Shown: positions 12,891 through 26,333, numbered from the stretch's first letter. The stretch is 64,000 nucleotides of DNA from Tubiluchus corallicola (GCA_030141605.1 JAQGDQ010000194.1:186001-250000); one strand, 5' to 3'. Numbers and translations: made by a program. Notes: generated by a model not told the origin, from the letters alone.

Positions 12891-13754
12891 AAGAAAAAAA
12901 TGAGGAAGATATATTATAAAGCATTGAAATTTGTCTTTAATGATTAGCTGTGCTTCTACATGCAACTTAACAACAGTCTGGCACATAAGCCCTGATTGAT
13001 GAACGTCAGAATTTTCTTGGGGTTGAAGCATTTACACACTTGTGCAAAACCGGACTCTCCAGGCTGGAAAACACTTTCAGGATTAAAAGTCAGCACTACA
13101 GTCAGAGATTAGTAAATAATCTAGAAATTCCTAGATTTTCAATAGTGTTTAATTTATTTTTTTCAAAATATTTGAAAAACGTCTCATGTGAATGTCAGTG
13201 CTGCACAACATGTTGTACACTATCCGTTTCATATGCCAAATCATCTAAGGTACTTCTTAGTATTGTAATTGTACACTGACTTTTAAATTTATCAACATTT
13301 AGCTTTACTGTAAAAACCTATTATATTGCTAGTTCAGCATTCAATTGGCCTGAAAAACTTACGTAACGATCTTTTCATTTTTAATTATAATGTTAACTGA
13401 AACAATTTGTGATGCACACAATCAGGAAATCTTGCATACCCACATTAAACACAATATAACTTGCAAATATATTTTACTGTTCCTAACAAAGTGTGTACTG
13501 CTGGCCACAGGTGACAGCTCTGTAGCTGTAAACTGGGGTATCTCGTACATTGTGTGCACTGTATTAGAACTTTTCATTTTGTTTTATTTTTTCAACAGGT
13601 CGGAAAACAGCAATTGGCAATGTTGTCTTTTGTAAAATTTATCAATAAATAAAATTTTTGCTATTGCTACTACTACTACCGCATCTGTATTACTGAAGTA
13701 TTTTATCCTTTGCCAAAATGCTGCCTGTCTTGCATTTACCAACTTATCTACTCA

Positions 13755-13814
13755 GTAGTAGTAGTGGTAGTGGTGGTTGTGGTGGTGGTGGCGGCAGTAG
13801 TGGTAGTGGCTGTG

Positions 13815-13887
<73 letters not shown>

Positions 13888-13905
13888 CAGTAGTAGTAGT
13901 AGTAC
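13755..13905. repeat. (GTA)n/(GTG)n trinucleotide microsatellite
   Basis: Read directly. It explains the poly-V/S/T ORFs. Confidence 0.97.
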
Positions 13906-14049
13906 TAAAGTAAAAAAAATTGATAAATTTTAAAGTCAATTTGGAAAAGTCAAAACCTAATTTTTTCTAATTTCTTCTGTCCTAAAACAGTTGCACATAA
14001 CATGGTTTTAGTTTGCACACTCCCACAGGTGCATCAACTCTAATTAGGG

Positions 14050-17000
14050 GCTTGACCAGCAACCATTCGCTATTGCCGGCCAGGGAGAAGAAGGATGTAA
14101 ACTATACGTTAATAGTTGTCTGACATTTTGTCGATTAGAGTGTGCATATTATGTACTACGAATATTGGACTCAAACTGACGAAGTTTCTAAATTTTGTAC
14201 ACTGCAACCGTCGAACTGATTCTTTGTGTTTTGTGATGTCTGGTTCTATGTGATCTGCAGCTAAAACTGCATGCAAATATCTGGCACTAGGTGTTCGATG
14301 TTACACAAAACCAAAATTTTATAAAAGGGTCATCCTCATGTCACTTCTCTCTGCAAATTTTTTGGCAAAAAATTTTACTGTTTATTTTTAATGAATGCGA
14401 CCACAAAAGGCAATCCATCTTCTAGTATCGCAAAATCGTGAACTCCTAATAATGCTTTAATCACTGTTAAATACGCTGATTGTGCTACATAAGAAATTTG
14501 CAAGATCGATCCTTTTGAACTGCACAGGTCCATATTCTTAGCAACAAAAGCAATAAATTTGGCCACAAGACTTTGCTTAATTACAAAATGTTCGTTTACG
14601 GATCATTCTGCAGAACATTCTTGGGTGAACACAGCTCCCATAGAGACCTAAGAATTACACTCAAATCGTGACAACACAGTGCTATCTTATCATACTCTGT
14701 TTCGTTTATGACCAAGAATTTTATTTCACTCAGGTTAATTTCCATGCCTGAGCTTTTACAAATATTGTACAGCATGCTGAACTTGACTTCACATTGCTGG
14801 TGATTAGAAGTAAATAAAACAATGGCACCCATTATTCCATGAGTAACCATCGGGCAAAAAAGGCGCTTCGAATCCGCTACAAATTCATTTACATAGACCG
14901 TGAAAAGAAAACAACTAGTGGGGGAACGTTGAGGGATACCAGTAGCGATAGATACTATTGCAGCTCCCAAAATAAGTTTCGCATCCGCATAAAGAGTGGA
15001 TATTGCAGCAAGCATAAAATAGCGGCATCCTAGCCTAAGTAACAATCTAATGAAATCACGTCTAGGCACCTTATCATACGCCTTTGAAAAAGCTATGTAA
15101 ATGATAAACAACTGACAGACTTTGTATTGTATGTAATCAATTAAAAGTCATAATCCTATTATATTCTCCGTACACTCACGTCCTTTTGTGCTCCTGCCTG
15201 TTCTCTTTCTGGTAAAAACCATAGTTCCAGTCTCTAACACAACATTAAATCAAACAGCTCAGCAAATGTGTCCATAATGGCTATAACTCTATAATTTCCC
15301 CAGCACAATCGAGCCTTTCTTGAAGATAACTACAAGTCTGGAAGCTGTCAATGCAGCCGGATATCTCATGGTTTGAAAAACGGATTAAATAAAATCACGT
15401 GAAACAGTAACCATAGAACTTTCAGGGCTTTAAGAAGCCCTGGAGAGATATCTAATGTCTTGCCACTCTTATCTGCTTTGGTAGTCTTTATGGCATCTTG
15501 TATTTCTCTTGGCAAGAATGGGCTGTCCAATACAGGAACATGCGGTGCATCAATTGGAGGCGGATCCATTATTTCAGCAGTATCCGGACCAAAAAGTTTT
15601 GCGAAGTAATCCTTGAAATCGCTATCTGAAGGCCTTCAATTTATTTCTTCTTCTCTCACTGATCCATTCCATATGATGTGATTCACAATTCTTTTAAATC
15701 GTTACATTGGGCTAACTGTGACCACTTATCTCGGCCCTGTGTAAATGACGGTGTAGGCTGCACAGTTCGACAATGCTCTAGGCCAAAACAGAAAACTTTA
15801 TCTATATCAGGGAAAACAGTATCAACATTTGTGTAGCTATAAACGTCTAGAGGGTCATATCTCCCAATTAACTGCTCAAACTGCTGTAATGTCTTTCCAC
15901 TTTACATGCTTTGCTGATATGGATGGAATTGTACAATAATTACTAAAATTTCCCAATTTCGTCGCTCTCTTCTCCAACTTTTCTAGTAAAAAATCCAATG
16001 ATGCTAGATGTTCAAATAAGAGTTACGCTGATAGATGCATGATTAGATGACAAACAAAAATCTGGAGTTATACGAAATGCATACTCCGAGGGAAGCAACG
16101 GGGGAGACACATAACAATGATATAATTCTGAAATCCAGCGATCCTCTCTGCTTGCATGCAAGATAGTTCTGAAACTGAAAACACCCGAAAAAAATTTCAG
16201 GCAAAAATAAATGAAATTCTCTTCATTAATGTTCACAAACAGTATTTTGTTTTTCAAACAGTCAGTGATAAAAACATCTGACCCGGTATTTATTTGTACC
16301 ACCACTAGTAAGAACGCTAAAACCAGGAAAACAAGAGCACATGCCAGTTTTTATCTCATTAAGGCTAGTAATATCTTTGTCCAACAGCAATCTTCTTACA
16401 TTTTGGTTGTCTAGTTTATTTTTTATACTGTTAATAATTCAAGTTATAATTTTTAAGTTTGCAAAGCTTTGTCCGCTTTCTGAAAATGCTGTTGCCACCG
16501 GTCAACAATGTTTCCATCAATTTTAATTTCTCATTTATTCTTATCAAATATAATGGTACATTGAGGGTTTTCACATTGGCGTTTTTAAAATTCTTTGTAT
16601 AAGTGTCCCCATTCTCTGCAAACACTCTGATGCTGATCTTCTTTTAGTTTTATTTTATCAAAGTATGCTTTACTCATTACTTCAGTGCGGGACTTAACAT
16701 TAGACAATGTAACCAGTAGAAGTCTGCTGGTTTGTCTGTACTCTAGCAGATGAGTGCAGGTAAACCCACAGTAATATTCATACAGTCAACAGTTCCGAAA
16801 ACGAGCTGCATTTTCTCCTCATCTGTGAAAGCAGGTAAAATTGGCAATCTTCATCAGAATGTTTTACTATCAGCTTACATGCTCTTTTATCGATGCAGAT
16901 TCTCTCAAAAAATATTTGTTACCCATTTACTATCTCTGAAAGTTTGTGACTTGCAACTATTAAGTTGCACTCGATATTTTATCTGTGTGAGCTCTGACAT

Positions 17001-17150
17001 CATTGTCAATCGCCATCATTGTCACATGTGTGGCTTTTCTATCAGAGTCTTGCTGCAGCATTTGGTTCATAATTGCACTCAACGATGGCTCGTTGTTGCC
17101 AGTACTAACAACTAGTAGACATAACTGCATGTGATATGTCGGCTATGTTG
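14050..17150 (-). mobile_element. Decayed LINE (RT remnants plus probable endonuclease/ORF1 remnants)
   Basis: ORF 14596-15111 has RT motifs (AFSKAYDKVPR; GIPQRSPTSCFLFTVYVNE). ORF 15366-15569 has the pre-RT motif VLDSPFLPREIQDAIK. Many stops. Boundaries are approximate. Confidence 0.7.
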
Positions 17151-17199
17151 TGTTTCATCAGTTTATCAGGGCCCAAGGCTTTTAGGTCTCCTAGACATA

Positions 17200-19560
17200 T
17201 TTAAGATGTGTCCTAACAAACACTGACTTTAGAGGCCACTTCTGGTATTATTACGGCTCATTCTGGCAATGCTGGCATAAAGTCAAACCTTAATTTGGCC
17301 AGTGATGATGTGCTGCTTCCTAGCCATAATATAGTTAACATTGCTGGCCCAGTACTGGTGCAGTTGCAGCATAGCTTTTATTGGACTGGGTGACTCAGAT
17401 GCTGGATAAGTTCAGGCAGACTTAACAGGGCCCGTGAGAGAATGCCACAAAATAGGTAACATTGCTGGCCCAGTACTGGCATAGTTGTGGCAGTGCCTGA
17501 CTGACAGCCGTATCGGACAAATTTAATTATGTTAATAACAATGTGGGCGAGTACGGGCAATCAGCAATTGGCCTAGAACTGGCTAACAAGAATCGAGCCA
17601 TTAACGGATTCGCTATGACAAAAACAATTTCAAATTGTATACGAATATAATAATGTACATAATCACACACAATATGTCAGCAGACCAGACATTTCAAGTT
17701 AATTGAACCAATGTTAAACCGCATTTACTAACAATTACGATGTTGCATATTATCAAGTACTTATTGTCCCAAGAATACTAAAATTAAATGTTTAAGTTTA
17801 AATTTAAATTTTTAAGGTTTGTCATGGCCATGTAATTTAAGTTTAAAGTATGTATTCTTGCCAATAACTATATTTTCTTTTTTTATATAAGTATAGTAAA
17901 CTCACTCATTTAAAAGCATGATGTGAATAGGTAAAAAATTAAAATTTTTCTACATACTGAAATATAATTAAAAAGAATAAATCATACGTTTATATTAGAT
18001 GGTAATTGCTTAGGTGTAATTAGGAGTACTTGCCAAACTGGCTCATTTGAGAATTGTGCTTCCCAATTTCGCAGTACTAAAATTGTACCTCTTGTTTTTA
18101 ATGTTTTATGAAGACCCTGATACTAGTTTTGAAGTCTTAGTGCGTTTAACTATTACTGAATTAATGACAGTAATTGCTTGCAGTACTGTAGTGTTTTAGT
18201 ATTAACTATCTTAGGTGTAATACAAGGACTACTATAGTATAGTTGTATAGTAGTCCTTGGTATAATATTAAATTGAGAATTTATACAAAGTACTCAACGG
18301 GCATAATGAGGATCTCAAGGAGTGAACATCTTGTTTTTAGATGCAAATGGATGGATGGAAGACTTCCCTTGGAATAAACTTGAATTTGTTTGTAATAGCT
18401 GGATATGGATAATGGCTAGTTTTTGTCATCAATTTAGCTTGCATGCTAACAGTCATGTTTGTAATTATCTAAAAAAGTTAATAAGTATGATTGAATCACT
18501 CATTTCGGTTTTCAAAAAGATATTTTTATGATTGCTTACCAAACCTGTCTTTACTCAACTAAAAAAACATGTACGCAGCAAACTTCCTAGAGTAATTTTG
18601 ATTTGATAGGGACTTCAATATATGTAATGCGTCTTAATATTATCTGTTGTAATTATAACGACATGGCTCAACATTTAACTACATTGAAGACTGATTTTAT
18701 AAGAGTTTTATTTACTCTTTAAGAAATTCCATTTAATAAATTTATATGCCTTTTCATTGATGATTTGTATAGTTTTCTGCAAGAACTAGCCTACCTCGTG
18801 AGCTCATGCACAGTAAACTTTCGACTTCTTTTGCTGTCAGTACTGTATCAGAAACTGAAAGCGGGTTATTGTGCCAGAATTGGCTGTATTAAGGATTCCA
18901 TTCAGGCAACCTAATTAAGCCAGCATTAAATCCTTATTGAGCCAGTATAGTATTTGTTTTCATTCTAGCTTTGTTCTCAGTACTATAATTCAACAGCTGC
19001 ATAATGAGCATTTGAGTTTGTATATGCACATGTGTTTATGGAACTACAATAAGTACAACTAGAACTTTATTAACTATCACTGCAGTTAATTGAACTCTAG
19101 TTTTATTAAATTGCAGTTGCATAAAAACATGGTGAGCACCTAATGCCCAATATTCGGTCATGGAATTACAGTACCAAGAACAAAGGTAGAAAAGAAAACA
19201 ATTACTATATTAGCTCAATAAGGCTTTAATGCTGGCTAAATTAGTTTGCCTGAATCAGGCCTTAACGCAGCCTTAATACAAACAATTCTGGTACAGTTAC
19301 TGGTTCCCTGCTGTGCTAGTGCTGGTTGCCTGAGTTGGGCCTTGATGAAACCTTAATAAAGCCAATTCTGGCATACCGACTATTCCATGCTGGGCCAGCG
19401 CTGGCTACCAGAATTTGTCAGTACAATTGTGGTGTGTAAACAGCTACTGGCCCTGTATTGGCAAGTTAATGACCCGATTACCAGTTTTTCCTTGCCTGTA
19501 CTGGGCCATACCATACATGCCAGAGGACTGGAGTGTTCATAATAATCAAGTGTCCCAGCA
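17200..19560. repeat. Degenerate foldback-like repeat region with internal inverted repeats
   Basis: 18870-18942 is the reverse complement of about 19213-19295 (GCTCAATAAGG.TTTAATGCTGGCT.AATTAG.TTGCCTGAAT...). GCCCAGTACTGG-like motifs recur in both orientations at 17340-17590 and 19380-19510. Confidence 0.5.
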
Positions 19561-19830
19561 TTAAGAAATTTACACAAGCTAGTGCAGCACTACTGATGAT
19601 TCGTAGTCTCGATGCACAATACTGTAGGCGTACAACTGTATTTTAGGCCTATTGCCATAATGTTATCCTTCAACGTTATAATGCCAAGCTAATGAGGCAT
19701 AACAGCATAAACTGTCAAATGGCCACACTAGGCTTTTTAATGTATCCGTCACAAAACAGTTCTTCGTTAATATTTGCTGAACTGTTTCACGTAGAAATTT
19801 ACAAAGTTCATAGTCAAGTTCATCATAAGA

Positions 19831-20581
19831 CTAGCAGAGACTCCGAAAAAAATATTGCGTACAAATACAATCATTATCAAAAATACGCGAACATCCTACC
19901 TAGTGTTTGTTTACTTACCTAACGCAAAGCCAGCAGCAGCTTTTACTGAATTAAAGTTATAAGATTATTGGTAGAGTATAATGGATGACGTCACAAAAAT
20001 GTCTTTGCGTCAGAAGTTTTCTAAGCGAAAATTGCGGAAAATAGAACAACTAATTAACTCGTCAGTACTCCTTTTGGTTGACGTGTCCTAAAATATAGCC
20101 CACGTCATCGTGTAGCCCTGTTCTTCCTCTTTCTAAAGAGCTATATATCTCTTTCCAAGAGTCCCATCAGGCGCCGCTAGAACGTTTTTTCCGCATGCTG
20201 TTTGGTCAAAATTTCGAAAAAATAGCGAGTTGGGTCTGAGAAAACGCCCGTTACAGGACGCCGTAGCCCTCTCGCAAATTCTAAATATGCCTATGACACC
20301 CACCGCTGAACGGGCTATATATCCATAGCCAGCACCACGCATGGCCCATTCCCGCAATTCCGGTCTTCAGATCTCAGACGTATAAATAAGTTTTGCAAAA
20401 AAACGGCCGAAAAATGGCTATTTTTGGAGGTTTTTCGCCCCCAGTTCCTCCTGGTGAGCCAGATTGAAAAAATAAACCCCCAATAGCACGACACTAGATC
20501 GAGACCTTTTGTTTGAGTATACCCGTCGCAAATGGTGCTGTCGTCGAAGTTGTAGCCTTGACTCTTATATATATATATATA
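19831..20581 (-). mobile_element. Non-autonomous Helitron, short form, inverted (copy B)
   Basis: Reverse complement of the copy-A body. It ends on the minus strand ...TTTTTTCGGAGTCTCTGCTAG|T at 19831 and has a (TA)n head near 20570. Confidence 0.8.
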
Positions 20582-21204
20582 AAACATTGTGCAGAATTAA
20601 TATTTACGATAGCGCATTTGAAAATACATATTATGTGCCATCCACTTTACTATATACTATACACGATATTACTATCTAAAAACACTAAATACACAGAAAA
20701 GTTCATAGGCGTTGTAGCCATTTTTCATCACAGTTCAAAATTCATATTATATATATATATATATATGTATTATATGTATATAATACATATTAGCTAAAAA
20801 TAGCTTTAACTCATCTACTTTAAAACCTTCAAAAAGTGCACAAAATAAATTAGTTAAGATAAGTACTTTTGCTGGCTTTCCATCATGTCACTCCATCATT
20901 CATTAAAGTACAACTGTTAAAAATACACGACAACTTAACTGATAAAATTCATGTATCGATATAAAAACATTTTTTCCAAACATATTTAAACATTATTTTA
21001 AGCCACTTACTGAAGTCCACCAATACTTCACTAGATCAGCAAATAAGGGCTATATGCATACCCGCAGGGTATAACTTAATACATGGAAATAAGTAAAAAG
21101 GTTGCCAAAATGACTTGTTTCAAATTATGCTAAAAACTAGATGACTTACTCTTTCATATACTAATTACATAATTAATCCGTAATTGTCTATATTAGCAAA
21201 GAAC

Positions 21205-21225
21205 TAACTATTATTATTATTGTTA

Positions 21226-21273
<48 letters not shown>

Positions 21274-21291
21274 GTATTAGTATTATTATTA
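21205..21291. repeat. (ATT)n microsatellite (insertion site of the Helitron array; continues at 26291-26330)
   Basis: TAT/ATT runs immediately flank both ends of the array. Confidence 0.9.
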
Positions 21292-22119
21292 TCTCTTATA
21301 TTAATATTCTTGGTATATATATATATAAGATTCGAGGCTACAGCCCGGACGAGGGCACCATTTGCGGCGATCTATATATCAAACGAAAGGTCTCGATCTA
21401 GTGTCTTCTCATTGATGGTTTATTTTTCGAATCGGGCCCACCGGGAGGAACGGGGGGCGAAAAACCTCCAAAAATGGCCCTTTTTCGACCGTTTTTTGCA
21501 AAAAATTGCAAAAGTTATACGGCTGAGATGTAGAGAACTGGAACGGGCCGAGGGGGGTGCTGGGTATGGATAGCCCGTTCAGCGGTGGGTGTAGTAGGCA
21601 TATTTAGAATTCCCGAGAGGGCCAGGGCGCCCCGCAACGGGCGTTTTCCCGGACCCAACTCGCGATTTTTTCGAAATTTTGACCAAACAGCATGCGGGAA
21701 AAAACGTTTTAGCGTCGCCCGGTGGGACTCTGTGAAGGAGATATGGGGCTCTTTACAAAGTGGAAGGACAGGGCTACACGATGATGTGGGCTATATGTTA
21801 GGGCAGGTCCACCGAGAGGAGTACTAGCGAGTTAATTAGATGTTCTATTTTCGGCGATTTTCGCTTAGAAAACTGTCCTAACGCATTCCATTGTGCTGAC
21901 GTCATCCATTGTACTCTGCTGGCTTAATTCAGCAAAAAGCTGCTTTGCGTTAGTTAAACATACAGTAGGCACGAGTAAACGCTGCTACAGCCTACTGCGT
22001 TAGGTAAGTAGGCAGGATGTTACGGGCTTTGTGTTATAAATCAGGACTTGGTAGGACGTTTGCGTATTATTGATTACACGTGTATTTATACGCAAAATCT
22101 TTTGCGGGGCCTTTGCTAG
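21292..22119 (+). mobile_element. Helitron unit 1 of tandem array (short form)
   Basis: A|TCTCTTATATTAATATTCTTGG start; hairpin CGCAAAA-tc-TTTTGCG plus CTAG end at 22116-22119. Confidence 0.85.
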
Positions 22120-23428
22120 TCTCTTATATTAATATTCTTGGTAGATATATATATATATATAAGATTCGAGGCTACAGCTTCGACGAGGGCACCATTTGCG
22201 GCGATCTATACATCAAACGAAAGGTCTCAATCTAGTGTCGTCTCATTGATGGTTTATTTTTCGAATGGGGCCCACCGGGAGGAACGGGAGGCGAAAAACC
22301 TCCAAAAATGGCCATTTTTCGGCTTTTTTTGCAAAAGTTATACGGCTGAGATGTAGAGAATGGGAATGGGCCGAGGGTGGTGCTGGGTATGGATAGATAG
22401 CCCGTTCAGCGGTGGGTGTAGTAGGCATATTTAGAATTCGCGAGAGGGCCACAGTGTCCCGTAACGGGCGTTTTCCAGGACCCAACTCGGGATTTTTTCG
22501 AAATTTTAGCCAAACAGCCTGCGGGAAAAGCGTTCTAGCGTCGCCTGCTGGGACTCTGGGAAGCAGATATACGGCTCATCAGAAAGAGGAAGGACACGGC
22601 TACAGGATGGTGTGGGTTATATTTTAGGGCAGGTCCACCGAGAGGAGTATTGGCGAGTTAATTAGGAGTTCTATTTTCGGCAATTTTCACTTAGAAAACT
22701 GCTGACGCAAAGGCATTGTTGTGACGTCATCCAATGTTTGGAATGGTTTTGTTGTAATGCTGTGCTGTTGGTGCTTGTGCTATAGGTGTCGTCATCATTG
22801 CCACCATCATCATCATCATCATCAACATCATGATCACCACGTGAGGTGGTGGATTTGATGTGGTGTGGTGGTGGTGTGCTTTGTGTGTTCTGCTATGGGT
22901 GGTGCAGTGCGGTGTGATATGGTGGAGTATTATGGTGTGGGTGGTATGGTGTGTGGGTGGTGCGGTGTGGTGCAGTGGTATGGTGTGGTGCAGTGTGGTG
23001 TGATGTGGTGGAGTCGTATGGTGTGGGTGGTGTGGTGTGTGGGTGGTGCGGTGTGCTGCAGTGGTATGGTGTGGTGCGGTGTGGTGTGGTGTGATGTGGT
23101 GGAGTGGTATGCTGTGGGTGGTGTGGTGTGTAGGTGGGTGGGTGGTGTGGTGCAGTGTGGTGTGCGGTGTGATGTGGTGGAGTATTATGGTGTGGGTGGT
23201 GTGGTGCAGTGGTATGGTGTGGCGCAGTGTGGTGTGATGTGGTGGAGTGGTATGGTGTGGATGGTGTGGTGTGTAGGTGGTATGGTGTGGTGCGGTGCGG
23301 TGTGGTGGTATTGTGTGGTGCAGTGTGGTGCGATGAGGTGGAGTGGTATGGTGTGGTGCAGTGTGGTGTGATGAGGTGGAGTTGCGTGTTGATTTGTGCA
23401 CAAAATTCTTTTTGTGGGGTTTGGCTAG
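22120..23428 (+). mobile_element. Helitron unit 2 of tandem array (long form with internal deletion and GT-rich satellite)
   Basis: TC start directly after the previous CTAG. GT-rich tract at about 22845-23385. Ends with hairpin CACAAAA-ttct-TTTTGTG plus CTAG at 23425-23428. Confidence 0.85.
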
Positions 23429-23437
23429 TCTCTTATA

Positions 23438-25467
23438 CAGTGGCCGCCGCTTATTGTGGACACCTCGGGCCAGTAGTGTATGTCCATATTAAGCGGCTGT
23501 CCATATTAAGCGAAGTGACCCTTCCCCTTCATTAAAAAAGGCAAAAAACTGTCTGTATCAACTCGTCTCCTGTTTTATTGAAAAAAAGAAGTCAGACGAG
23601 TTTGTTTGGCAGGAAACTTTTCTCTCAACCTTGAACGGAAGGAAGTTATCACAGTTTCGAAGCTCTCAATGTTGAGACTGTTCTGCCTGTGGCCTCGCTC
23701 CAGCACCTCAAGGGCGGCCCTCATTTCTTTCGACGAGACAACAGGCTCCGCTTCTTCCTCATTGTCGTCTTCTTCGGAATCTTCAACTTCGGTTTTTGCT
23801 GCAGCAACGCGTTGCACCAGGTCATGCGTCATCTCTTCACTCATCCTCTCTTCAGCAATTTCTGCGTCGTCATCGACTGCCACCCAAGCAATGAAGTCCT
23901 CGGCGTCACTTTCAGGGACCTCATCCGGGACGGGAATTGCAGTTACAACTTCGTCGACCTCCTCGTCGACATTTCCAAAGCCTCCCTTCCTCCAGCAGTT
24001 CACAATGGTCTCCGGCTTGACCGTCTTCCACGCGGCAGAGAGCATTTCCATGGCTTGCAACACATTCAACTTCTTCACGACTTCGTGTGCAGAAGAATTT
24101 TCATCTTCGAGATCCTCCATGATCTGTAAGATTTTCCGGCGAATCGCTGTCCGGAAGAGAGCCTTCAGCGCCCTGATGATCCCTTGGTCACATGGTTGCA
24201 GAACCGAAGTTGTGTTTGGTGGCAGGAAGCGAATCGTCACATTCTTCAGTCCCTGAACCTGTGCATGGGCGCTGCAATTGTCTGCCAAAAGCAAGATGTT
24301 TCGCTGCTGCCGCCCCATCTGGAGGTCGAGTTCACGCAGAAAACTCTCCCAGATCGCTGCCGTCATCCATGCATTGTGGCTGAACTTGTAAATGCAGTCA
24401 TTCGGCAGTTCACGGCCTTTGAAGCACCGTGGCGGAGGGGAAGCCGCTCTCCTTCGAGGCTGCACGTGACAAGTGCAGTGATCCGGTCCTTGGCAGTTTT
24501 GAAGCCCTTTGCCGTCTTCTTGTTGCGCTGTTTGACGTACGTCGAACCAGGAAGAGCGCGGAAGTAGATCCCCGTTTCGTCGGTGTTGAAAATGTCCTTC
24601 CTGTCAAACTGACCCAACAAAGTCGGCCATTCCTTCTTCAAGAAATCGTCGGCACTTGATGTCTCGGCCTCGGCTGCTTCTCCTCGCAATGTGATGAAAG
24701 TCAAACCGTTTCTCTTTTTCCACCTCGAAAACCACCCATCGGTTGGAATGAACGCAACACCCGCTCCTTCAGCGATTGCCTTGGCCTTTTCCATCAACAA
24801 TGGACCACTAAGAGGGATGTTTCGCTGGTGGGCCCAGTTGTAGAACTGCAGCAGAGCATCCTCGATGTCTTCATTCTTTCCACACCGATGTCGCTTGATT
24901 TGCACACCGTCCTCAGCAGCTTCATGACGAAGTTCGGCTTCGTTCTTGATCATCAAGTGCAGAGCGCTCTTTTTCGTTTCAAGGGTTTCTGGGGTTCTCC
25001 TTCTTCAAATCGTAGAACTTGCTCAACAGTGCCACTTTCTCAGCCACAGAACGGTCCTTTCGCTTACCCATCAGAGAGAGAAGAAGAAGAATAATAAGAA
25101 GAAGAGGACGTGCGGAGACAAGGTTATGCAAAAGTTAAGTGGAGCTAGGCTACGGAGAGGTGATCAAAACGGCATTTCGCAAACCTAGCCTTGTTCACTG
25201 CAATGCAAAACACACCAATCACAAGCACAAAACAATGCGAGTCTAATCGAGTTCACTGCCAAGACAAAGCAGGACAGCCTTCAATCACGCGCGCAGGCCG
25301 TGGTTGGCACGGCTGGTTCACGTGCCAAGAATGTTCGCTGTCCATATTAAGCGGCGGTTGTCCATATTAACCGGCGGATTTTATTAGGGGAAAATTCGTC
25401 CCTCGTGAGTTGTCCACAATAACCGGCTGTCCACAATAACCGTGTCCATAATAAGCGGCGGCCACTG
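23438..25467 (-). mobile_element. pogo/Tigger-family (Tc1/mariner superfamily) DNA transposon, near full length
   Basis: 26-bp TIRs CAGTGGCCGCCGCTTATT(G/A)TGGACAC with 1 mismatch, TA target duplication at 23436-37 and 25468-69, and subterminal TGTCCATATTAA/TGTCCACAATAA repeats. Confidence 0.95.
23575..25071 (-). pseudogene. Tigger/pogo transposase (HTH-psq, CENP-B HTH, DDE_1), disrupted
   Basis: ATG at 25071 (MGKRKDRSVAEKVALL...). CENP-B HTH (IPLSGPLLMEKAK...GWFSRWKKR) and catalytic motifs FNTDETG, LLADNCSAH and LPPNTTSVLQPCDQGII are present. Frameshifts from apparent small deletions lie near 24985 and 24435. Confidence 0.9.
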
Positions 25468-25486
25468 TATTAATATTCTTGGTATG

Positions 25487-25525
<39 letters not shown>

Positions 25526-26293
25526 GAGGCTACAGCCCGGACGAGGGCACCATTTGCAGCGATCTATATATCAAACGAAAGGTCTCGATCTAGTGTCGTG
25601 CCATTGATGGTTTATTTTTCGAATCGGTCCCACCGGGAGGAGGGGGGGCGAAAAACCTCCAAAAATGGCCATTTTTCGGCCGTTTTTTGCAAAAGTTATA
25701 CAGCTGAGATGTAGAGAATGGGAATGGGCCGAGGGTGGTGCTGGGTATGGATAGATAGCCCGTTTAGCGGTGGGTGTAGTAGGCATATTTAGAATTCGCG
25801 AGAGGGCCACGGCGTCCCGTAACGGGCGTTTTCCCGGACCCAGACCCGGAAATTTTGACCAAACAGCATATGGAAAAACCGTTCTAGCGGTGCCTGGTGA
25901 GACTCTCGGAAGGAGATATATGGCTCATCAGAAAGAGGAAGAACGGGGCTATACGATGATGTGGGCTATGTGTTAGGACAGGTCCACCGAGAGGAGTATC
26001 AACGAGTTAATTAGGTGTTCTTTTTTCGACAATTTTTGCTGACGCATTCCATTGTGCTGACGTCATCCATTGTACTCTGCTTATAACTTTAATTCAGCAA
26101 AAAGCTGCTACAGGCTTTGCGTTAGATAAACATACAGTAGGCAGGAGTAAACGCTGCTACAGGCTTTGCGTTAGATAAGTAGGCAGGATGTTATGGGCCT
26201 TGTGTTATAAATGAGGACTTGGTAGGACGTTCGCGTATTATTGATTACACGTGTATTTATACGCAACATCTTTTGCGGGGCCTTTGCTAGTTA

Positions 26294-26333
<40 letters not shown>

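Larger units (their letters stand above)
23429..26290 (+). mobile_element. Helitron unit 3 of tandem array (short form, interrupted by a pogo element)
   Basis: TCTCTTATA|pogo|TATTAATATTCTTGG restores the family head. Ends CTTTTGCGGGGCCTTTGCTAG|T at 26290. Confidence 0.85.

Noticed and set aside
23606-25188. Plus-strand ORFs overlapping the pogo transposase
   Set aside because: Antisense shadows of a GC-rich coding sequence with no independent motifs.
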